Positions 13,251 to 23,736 of a DNA stretch of 64,000 bases are shown in pieces. A program made the position numbers and the translations under genes. Position 1 is the stretch's first letter. Each line of letters opens with the position of its first letter. A model generated the notes under the pieces. It ran no database searches. It was not told where the DNA came from and saw only the letters and a program-made list of their open reading frames with translations. The DNA is taken from the NCBI RefSeq assembly GCF_037042905.1, contig NC_087255.1, positions 31,992,001 to 32,056,000 on the forward strand, read 5' to 3'. This DNA comes from Lytechinus pictus. Its lineage: Eukaryota.

Positions 13251-13760
13251 CAGGTGAAGTTACTCAATAATCCAAATAATATCAAATAAGATTCTGGAGC
13301 ACAAGGTTTGTGAAACAATTACGTGACCTCATGGCAATGAGGTTTCTTTGCGAGCATTTCAATTAATTCCATATGTAATCAATGTCTCACAGGCATATGT
13401 TTTCAGTTGTGACAGTTCAATAATTTATACTTCAAAACTCTATCTTTTAAAGATATTGTATCAAGACAATTGACCAGTCAAAAAATTCAGATCTTATATT
13501 TTGAGGGATTTTAGGTTTGATTAAACATGTATATCATCCATTAATTTGAACAATCCATACTCCAAGAGTCATTTTTAGACACAAATGGCATTCATATATG
13601 CCAGAAGGGAATTTCTGTAACTCCATTAAACACCTATAATCAAAATGTATGGAATTGGGTTTTTTTTTTAAAATGTCATTCCAGGGCAACCATAAGTGAT
13701 CGAAGACCTATTTTTAGATATATCTAACCCACCCTTGTTTTCCACATCTATCCCTTCTAG

Positions 13761-14036
13761 GTTGACCCAGATGATATAGTAGGTGGTCAGTCTTCGCCCG
13801 CTCCGAGTCAGACAAGCACCACAGAAGTGGTGATCGAAAATGGCCATTCCACGATCGATGACGAACCTGCATACGACTCCCCAGATATTCCAGACACTGC
13901 CCCCATCGTTACTCATACAAATGAAGGCGACGCCGATAAAGAAGCCGATGATGCAGCGGCGGCTATAGAGGGCGCTTTAAATGAAGGTTTTGCAGAGGAT
14001 GAAACGGACGTTGCTCAACCTTCCACGAACCTCTAG
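13761..14036 (+). CDS. Collectrin-like protein, terminal exon (VDPDD...GALNEGFAEDETDVAQPSTNL*)
   Basis: CTTCTAG acceptor, phase 0, in frame with ORF 13827-14036; TAG stop. Confidence 0.85.
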   Translation, partial: VDPDDIVGGQSSPAPSQTSTTEVVIENGHSTIDDEPAYDSPDIPDTAPIVTHTNEGDADKEADDAAAAIEGALNEGFAEDETDVAQPSTNL

Positions 14037-17000
14037 CTTTAGCTCAAAAACAGAGAAAGATCTCTCGTGTGATGTGACGGAAGGTGACCTGACCTCAGAT
14101 CGACTTGACCTTGGAATCTCACATAGTCTTTGCACTTTAAATTTTTTTTTCTTATCTCTGTCTTGTTAGAATGACGATTTGATAGTTATGATATTATAAT
14201 CAGCCTTGTAGCAGTTTGATGCACATGACACAAAGTCACTCTTTTTTTTTTAAAGAGAATTTTTTCCCTATATACAGCATGAATTATTTGATAATAGGAA
14301 ATCAACAAGATTAATATTAATTATATGGATAAAGAATGCTTAGCAACATAAAAAATATCAATTTGTAACATCTCATTCCTATTTCTTTATCTCGCTCTCT
14401 CTCTCCCTTTCTCTTTATATGAACTCTCTGAATTCCTGTTGTCTATGTACTAGGTGTATTCAGTTTCAGTAGGCGAATCCCCCCCCCCTCTCTCTCTCTT
14501 TCTCTCTCTCTGATTATTCTCTGTCTCTTTCTCTCTCTTTCATTTAATTTTTACTCTCTCTTTGATATGCAAATCTTGATGTTTTCATGTCTGATGAGGG
14601 GAAAGATTATCATAACAGAATGACAGGGAAGGAAAATCAATTATATGCAGCATAGATGATCCTGAATTTTTCTTTATGATTTTGTCCCAAAACTCTTGCC
14701 AGCTATTATGAACTGTGGAAAAGGCGAAGATGATATACACATACCACAGGAACATTCAAGCATTGATTAGTGAATAACCATCACATTTGGCTTGTATCAA
14801 CAATGAAAATTTAAAAGTAGTACAGAAAGCTCTGTCGTAGATAGAGAATCAAACATTTTTGGTGAATATGTGTGTTTCATAATACGGTTCCATGTCATTG
14901 CTCCGAAGAAAAATCTGCAAGTTAAGCCAAACTTAAAACCCAACGTCCAAAACGAAATAAACCCCAATCCTAATCTTTACATGATTCTTAACCAAAAACT
15001 TCAATCGTAACGCTACCCATGTACCCTCTGAGATACTTAGACCAGAGCAAATGTCACATGTCGTGTCACCCATAATACCTCATTTTGCCATCACTCCAAC
15101 TTTGTACTCGGCACCATGCATTAATTGGTATTTCTCCTTCAAATCCATTGCAACCAGTTTTCCTGGAATCTCATTTATAAGTTCTACCAATCAATTCTTG
15201 TTCTTCCCTGCAGTGACATCCATCTTATCAGAGCCCCATTGAATAAGTCACTAGTATCGTAACTTTCATAAAATCCTTGATTTTGATTGGCTGTTGGGTC
15301 ATGTTACCATAGTAATTACCATTGGAAGGCAAAGTTACCAAAATCTGATAATAGTAACTTTTGTGCAACGGGCCCAGTTCTCATTCACACCCCATGCTAT
15401 TTTGTACATCTCGGGGAAAGTTTCAAGCAGCCTCTTGTGATGTTGTTGGTGCATGAATTATGAAACACACAAATGGTATTTATAAACACATGTAGACAAA
15501 GGGAAATATCTCAAATGAAACTATGGTCCCACAGTGTAATAATAGACATGCTGATTAATACCCCTGAAAATGATCAAATAAATTGCATTAAATTAAGCTT
15601 AATTGTCATTACGTGTGTTTTGTGAATATTGTAATTTGTTGTGTCATAAATATGGTACATTCTAGATATAATACAAACTATGAAACAACCGCATCCTGAA
15701 GTTGTTTTGTTTTAACAGAAATGTTAAATATTTTGTACATTATACAAAAGACTCTGCTTAAGTCGACCTTGCATAAATTGGACAATCAGGTCTATGACAT
15801 TTGCTCTGACGACAATTGCTCCGATGGAAAATCTCCATGTTTAGCCAAACATAAAACCTGACCTCCAAAACTAAACCCTAATCCTTATCTTTACACTATT
15901 CTGAACCAAAATCTCTATTACAACCCTAACAAATCAATTTGTATGCCTTAACTCTAATGTCTTCTGACAAATGTCGCAGGAGCATATGTTGTGTCACTGA
16001 ATAATCACCAAAGTCAAAACATGTTTCCAGACCAAAATATGCAAACATATATTATTTGGCTCTTCTAAGACAAATTTTACCGATAGAAGTTGGAAAGATT
16101 CTTGTGTCCACAACATATCCTACTGAGGTAGATCAACCAGTACATAGCCAGTAACGGATCTGTTTGTTTTATCTTAATCAAAAGCGTAAAGATGAACTTT
16201 ATGTCAACTGGATAACAAAGATGGCACATGATGATGGTGATGATGATGATGGACATTATGGCTATGAAGATGATGATGATAAACAATAATAATAATGATG
16301 TTCATACTAAATAATAATGATACAATTATGAAGATTACGATGACGATGAAGTTGATGATGATGATGATAATAAAAAGACATAATCCTCACAAAAGTCACC
16401 AAGCCACAGAGAGCTCAAGATGTTATCAATAAACACAACACTAACTTTTTATAGGTACAGACATAATCTTTCTTCGATTTCTCTGTCTCTCACACTGTCT
16501 ATCCATCTCTCTATTTTGGCTCTGTCTCTCTCTCCCTCTCTCCCCCTCTATCTCTCTCTATTTTGTTTCTTTGCTCTCTCCTCTTTCTGAGCCTCTTTCT
16601 CCCTTACATTTCACTCTCGTCCCCCCTCATTTTCTTTTATGAATATCTCCGTTTGTCAATTTTGTCCTTCAATGAAATATGTCAATATGCAACCAATGAA
16701 TCAAATTTGTATGCCTTATCCGCGACTGAAATAATTTAATATCTGATCTTACATAGATGAGTATAGATATATCACAACAGCTAAAATCGAAGGGTCCAGT
16801 AGTTTTCTTAACATGAATTTAACATGAAAAGTGCAGATTAAACTATCATCTACCATCAAACTTGGCGAATTAATTCTGAAATTGGTAAGACTAGAATTCA
16901 TAGTGTTGTGTAGTCACAATCGAACCACCATGAATGTGCATCATTTACATTCTATGAAATATTCAAAGCAATTATAAAAGAAATGTTCATAGTTCTTAAT

Positions 17001-17311
17001 AGAATATTTAATAGCAAGCCCATTTAAGGGCATTTGTTATCTAACCTAGAGATGATACACACAGAATAGTAAGGATCAAATCAAAATAATAACATTTGAT
17101 AATTATCATCAGAACAGATCTCTAGATCAATTATAACATTAAGTCATTTATTGCCTCCTATTATCAGACCAGATATCGAGATCAATAATAACATTATTAC
17201 ATCATTTATTGTCCCTCTACTTATGGGTAGTTTCAAAATTCATGATAACCTTAACATGTCTCTTCTGGTACTGGCGCCACTCCCATGAAATATATACCTG
17301 GTATTCACATA

Positions 17312-17414
17312 TTACTTGTTTAAATGGTGGCGTTTTACGCCACATTGGACCTCACGAAGCCCATTGTTATCGTTGACATAGAAGACAGCGTTGCAGCTAT
17401 TGCAGAAGTTGGAC
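17312..17414 (-). CDS. Multi-TIL protein, last exon (SNFCNSCNAVFY...CGVKRHHLNK*)
   Basis: CATAG acceptor; phase 2 matches the preceding exon; TAA at 17314-17312; AATAAA on - near 17205 and 17147. Confidence 0.8.
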
Positions 17415-18103
17415 CTATGATGGGAAAGAGAAGATTGAGAGAAAGATCATCACACCTGTATCACAAGAATTTAAAGGGAGAAACCATCCCTTAGGAAAAG
17501 TTGTGTTGCAAAAATAGCAGAAAAATAATAAAAAATATTGGTGAAGGTTTGAGGAAAATCGTTCAAAGATTAAAGAAGTTATTAGCATTTAAACTTTGTG
17601 ACTTCTGACATCATATCCAAGCAGCTGCCCCATAATGTTATATAATATAAAATGCATAAAATTCATATTTTGAATGGTTCCTGATGACTCGATAATTCAT
17701 AGCTTTCAGAAATAATCTTTTATTGATACACTGAAGGTATAATAAAAACCATTTTCACTATTTTGAGAAAAAGACATTTTGTAGATTTTTTTACCATAAG
17801 ATATGTGGGAAAGCTGCTCGTACATGACATCATAAATAAAATTCTGATAACTTTTTTTTTTCGATGGATTTTCCTCAAACCTTCACAAATATATTTATCA
17901 TTTTTCTGCTATTTTTACAATAAACTATTTGTTTATTCATACTTTTCACCTAAACAAATTTGACTTAAAAAACAATATGATATATGCATTATAGATAGGC
18001 ATGAGATAAAAATCTGAAGTTTAAAGAATGCCACATGCAAAGAATGATCTTCCTTCAAGAATAAAAAGGACAATAAGAATGTTAGTCAAATGTGAATACT
18101 TAC

Positions 18104-18359
18104 ACACACTGCGCATCTGGAAAGTCAGGACATGTTGCAGATAGACATGGATCTGCGAAGCAATTAGCCACCGTACAAGATGGACATTCACTAGGCTCAA
18201 TACACCTGCCGTTTTGGCGAAGATAACCCTCCTCACAAAAACATCCAACATCCTCTGGTCCACCAAAGACAGTAGAGAGTAGTGTGAAAAAGGGACACAC
18301 CGGGTCGGAATTGGGAACCGCGATCTGATAGACTTCATTTTCCGTGCACTGCGCTGCCT
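18104..18359 (-). CDS. Multi-TIL protein exon: 6-Cys TIL17 plus start of C-terminal module
   Basis: CTENEVYQ...[34 protein letters not shown]...; TTCCAG acceptor, GTAAGT donor; phase 1-2. Confidence 0.85.
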
Positions 18360-19689
18360 CTGGAAAGACAAAACATATTGGGGGTGATCTTTTTCACCTG
18401 ATTGCTATTAAAGAAAGCATGAATGCAGTTATAAAAATTTGGCAATATTTTGTAAGTGTATGTCAGACCCAAAAGTGCTATAAAAAAAACCCATGAATTT
18501 GTTTACAAATCCAATGCATATTGTGCTTTAGCCAAAATTCCATTTTATCCGACTCTAGACATTCAGTAAAAAAAACTGTGATGTACAAGCATGTATCTAT
18601 TTCTGACAGGGGTTGCAGAATCAGCAAACACTATCATGATGTGTCACTGTTACCTATGTAGCTTCTGTTTGTTGAATGCATGTAGTCAGAATATACAGCA
18701 TATGGAATATATTGCACATTTAACTTTTGAATAAAATTTTCAAATTCTTTGATAATCTAATCACATCTTCATTCTTCCTATGCGTACATAGGCCAAATTT
18801 AAACATGTGTTTTTTATATCCTTATGTGCCATTTCTATGCATGAATTCATAACTCTCATATGCATACACATGAGGGCATTTTCACGGTAACTGACATTAC
18901 ACGGCACAATGTTTTCACACCTTTCATTGTGTGTATCTCTAAAACAACAAATGATGGGAGTTTGCTTTTGATAGAGTTAATAAAGTGAACCTTGCTGTAT
19001 ACTCTGATACTAAGTTTTCCTATGTAACCACATTTTTTTACGCATCAGCAAGCAAATATGTGTGCAAATATGTGTCGGTAACTGACATTACGCAAAAGGA
19101 CATGCAATTTCAGGGTGTTCATTAAAATTGAAATATCTCATGTCCCTGAGTAGATAAAGTAATAATTTGAATATGTAAATATACCTTCGTTACTAGGTTA
19201 ACATGTGTCAAAATATTAAACATTTTGTTTTTGTACTTTGGGGGCTATGATAATTTTTCCACAACCATGCTGGTAACTGACATTACGGTAACTGACATTA
19301 CACTTAATTTGCCATAGAGATAACACATGGAAGTCAAATGTGTGGAATCATTGCATGCAGGGCTTCACATGAAAGTGAGCTTGATGTGGAAGTATACCCA
19401 AGTTTCTAGGAACATTTCAATGAAAAACTTTTTTTTTTCTTAATTCCTTTCTTTGATTTGAACATTTTTATAATTACTTGTCGGTAAATTATGAGGCGCC
19501 GAATGTACCAATATTATATAGAACAATTATTTGTTATATAATCATTATTTATTAAATAATAACTATTATTTATATATAATTTACATTTTATTTGTAAATA
19601 ACTACTATTATATAAAATATCATTTCTAATTATTTATATATAATTCCAAGTAATACTTCATTATTTGTAAATAATAATAGTTCGACATT

Positions 19690-20400
19690 CCATTATTTAT
19701 AAATAATGATTATTTGTTTTTCATTATTTATAAATAATGATTATTTGTTTTTCATTATTTATAAATAATGATTATTTGTTTTTCATTATTTACAAATAAT
19801 GATTATTTGTTTTTCATTATTTATAAATAATGATTATTTGTTTTTCATTATTTATAAATAATGATTATTTGTTTTTCATTATTTACAAATAATGATTATT
19901 TGTTTTTCATTATTTATAAATAATGATTATTTGTTTTTCATTATTTATAAATAATGATTATTTGTTTTTCATTATTTACAAATAATGATTATTTGTTTTT
20001 CATTATTTATAAATAATTTGTTGAGTTTTCCATTATTTATAAATAATGATTATTTGTTAAATAATGAAAACGTCTACTTCATTATTTATAAATAATTTTT
20101 TCGAGTGCACCATTATTCTCATTATTTATAAATAATCATTATTTAATGTTCGAGTTTTCCATTATTTATAAATAAAGATTATTTGTTAAATAATGAAATA
20201 TCTACTTCATTATTTATAAATAATAATTTTGTTTCAATATCCCATTAATCATTATTTATAAACAATTTTTACAGTTTGCCATTATATACAAATAATCATT
20301 ATTTATATACAAATAACCATTATTTATTAAATAATGCCATTATTTATTAAATAATGCCATTATTTATTAAATAATGCCATTATTTATTAAATAATGGAAA
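19690..20400. repeat. 31-bp AT-rich tandem array with internal palindrome; mirrored at 23110-23736 and 31022-31115
   Basis: Period 31 (19711, 19742, 19773); unit contains the palindrome TCATTATTTATAAATAATGA. Confidence 0.9.
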
Positions 20401-20427
20401 ACTCGCTATAACATGCAAATGTGGGAC

Positions 20428-20875
20428 TAGACAGCTGGCAGCCGTCTGTTTCGAGGAGTTTTTTAACATTTTTTTATTTTTTAAATTTCTCCTCATACAC
20501 AGACGGCTCGCTAGCGTGCAGCCACCATTAGGGGACTTACAATGCAAAATCCCCCCGTCGGGGCTCTTCAATTTTTGTCTTTAATGAATAAAACTTTTGA
20601 AAATTAATGCGACCAAAATGCAAATTAATATTCCCTCTTGGCATTAATTGCCAAAAAACGGGGAAAATCAAGTTAAAAGGAACAAAAACAGTGACTTACC
20701 TCGGCTGTCGCCCAACTTCACTGCCCTGTTTTATCCGAACTTAATACACATAAACATATGGCCATTGAGTCCCCTGTACAGATCGCGCTAGAACTTCGGT
20801 CTCTGTATTTGGTGAGTGAAGCCAACGGAGTTCAGCTGAACAACCAACATAACAGAGACCGAAGCTTTTGGTCTA
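20428..20875. mobile_element. 448-bp insertion with TAGAC...GTCTA ends and 9-bp TSD
   Basis: TSD ATGTGGGAC at 20419-20427 and 20876-20884; empty site in the mirror arm near 23081-23089. Confidence 0.85.
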
Positions 20876-23736
20876 ATGTGGGACCGCCCATGATATGAAT
20901 ATTCATGATGCGATTTCCTTTTTCGTGATTTTTCTTCACAAATTTTTGTCCATTTCCTCTTCATAATGACATTTCTTGAAGCAATTTTCTAGGGATATGG
21001 TCTGATTGTAATATTCTTCATTTTCTATATAACTTCGTCTTCGTAGAAATATCAAAAAGTGTAATTTTATACGATTTTTCCTACAGTTCACAATCCCCAT
21101 AGGCGCGCGTGTACGGTAGGGACAACCGGTGAATCGACGGAGTGCTCTTCATCGAAATACTACGTTGGTTGGTCCCCGGAAGTGGCGGGCGGAATTTAGC
21201 CCGAATCCTCGATGGAAGTCGATCAAGTGCATATGAGCTGAGAGAGTGAAATATCAGTGTACTTGTACAGACCCTTCTACTTTTTATAAATATTTCTTGT
21301 TGCTTTTTTTGTTAAGTTAATTTTTCCTGGTGTAGAGATAAGTTTCAGTTCTAATAATGCACTTCAAATACATTTTGGAGTGTCTGTTTGAGGCGTTTGG
21401 GGCGATTTCACCCTGGCCCCAAAATGCTCGCAACGACAATAAGGGGGCATGATGACCCCTAAATTTTTAAAAACTTATTTTTCTATTGAAAATTATCTCA
21501 AAATTCACCAAAAGTGTGCACGAAAGCCTCCGTATTTCACTTTTAAAACTCCAAAAAGTGCCCAAATGACAAGCTTGGTCGCTTCGCTGTGTCGCATTCA
21601 ACTTGAGAACGTTTACGCGTCTGCTTCGATATATCCCCCCCCCCCCCCTCCTCCGAAAGAAATTCTGTATACGGCCATGCTCTAAAGAGCCTGGCACATT
21701 GATTTATGTATACTTTCATTTTCATTATTTTTATCTCATTATCAACATGGCCTTACGTAGAATTTTTTCCAGGGGGGCCGGAGCATGACGCGCGCGTAAA
21801 CTTTCTCAAAAAAATCTTGAAAGCCACGGGACCAATGAAGCCCAAATGACAAGCTTGGTCGCTTCGCTGTCTCGCTTTCAACTTGAGAACGTTTACGCGC
21901 GTCTGCCCCCACCCCCCGAAAGAAATTCTGTGAACGGCCATGCTCAAAAGAGCATATGGCACATTGATTTATATGTACTTTTCATTTTCATTATTTTTAT
22001 CACATTATCATCATGGCCTTACACAGAATTTTTACCGGGGGGGGGGGGGGGGGAGCAGCTAGGACGCGCGTAAAGTTTCTCAAAAAAATCTTGAAAGCGA
22101 GACAGCGACGCGACCAAGCTCAAATGACAAGCTTGGTCGCTTCGCTTTTTCAAGATTTTTATGAGAAAGTTTACGCGCGTCCTGCTCCCCCCACCCCCCC
22201 CCCCCGGAAAAAATTCTGCGTAAGGCCATGATGATAATGAGATAAAAATAATGAAAATGAAGGTATACATAAATCAATGTGCCAGGCTCTTTAGAGCATG
22301 GCCGTATACATAATTTCTTTCGGAGGAGGGGGGGGGGGAAGCAGACGCGTAAACGTTCTCAAGTTGAAAGCGACACAGCGAAGCGACCAAGCTTGTCATT
22401 TGGGCACTTTTTGGAGTTTTAAAAGTGAAATACGAAGGCTTTCGTGCACACTTTTGGTGAATTTTGTGATAATTTTCAATAGAAAAATAAGTTTTTAAAA
22501 ATTTAGGGGTCATCATGCCCCCGTATTGTCGTTGCGAGCATTTTGGGGCCAGGGTGAAATCGCCCCAAACGCCTCAAACAGACACTCCAAAATGTATTTG
22601 AAGTGCATTATTAGAACTGAAACTTATCTCTACACCAGGAAAAATTAACTTAACAAAAAAAGCAACAAGAAATATTTATAAAAAGTAGAAGGGCCTGTAC
22701 AAGTACACTGATATTTCACTCTCTCAGCTCATATGCACTTGATCGACTTCCATTGAGGATTCGGGCTAAATTCCGCCCGCCACTTCCGGGGACCAACCAA
22801 CGTAGTATTTCGATGAAGAGCACTCCGTCGATTCACCGGTTGTCCCTACCGTACACGCGCGCCTATGGGGATTGTGAACTGTAGGAAAAATCGTATAAAA
22901 TTACACTTTTTGATATTTCTACGAAGACGAAGTTATATAGAAAATGAAGAATATTACAATCAGACCATATCCCTAGAAAATTGCTTCAAGAAATGTCATT
23001 ATGAAGAGGAAATGGACAAAAATTTGTGAAGAAAAATCACGAAAAAGGAAATCGCATCATAAATATTCATATCATGGGCGGTCCCACATTTGCATGTTAT
23101 AGCGAGTTTTCCATTATTTAATAAATAATGGCATTATTTAATAAATAATGGCATTATTTAATAAATAATGGTTATTTGTATATAAATAATGATTATTTGT
23201 ATATAATGGCAAACTGTAAAAATTGTTTATAAATAATGATTAATGGGATATTGAAACAAAATTATTATTTATAAATAATGAAGTAGATATTTCATTATTT
23301 AACAAATAATCTTTATTTATAAATAATGGAAAACTCGAACATTAAATAATGATTATTTATAAATAATGAGAATAATGGTGCACTCGAAAAAATTATTTAT
23401 AAATAATGAAGTAGACGTTTTCATTATTTAACAAATAATCATTATTTATAAATAATGGAAAACTCAACAAATTATTTATAAATAATGAAAAACCAATTAT
23501 CATTATTTATAAATAGTGAAAAACAAATAATCATTATTTATAAATAATGAAAAACAAATAATCATTATTTATAAATAATGAAAAACCAATTATCATTATT
23601 TATAAATAGTGAAAAACAAATAATCATTATTTATAAATAATGAAAAACAAATAATCATTATTTGTAAATAATGAAAAACAAATAATCATTATTTATAAAT
23701 AATGAAAAACAAATAATCATTATTTATAAATAATGA

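Larger units (their letters stand above)
6305..14036 (+). other. Gene span (5' incomplete): collectrin/ACE2-CLD-like type I membrane protein, 6 coding exons in window
   Basis: Exons 6305-6348, 6983-7039, 7560-7639, 10463-10777, 11371-11572 and 13761-14036 join in one frame through canonical GT-AG introns (phases 1,0,0,2,2,0); one TM helix; acidic tail ending STNL*. Confidence 0.8.

Noticed and set aside
19690-20400. CRISPR-like palindromic repeats
   Set aside because: No unique spacers, no cas genes, eukaryotic context; these are transposon subterminal repeats
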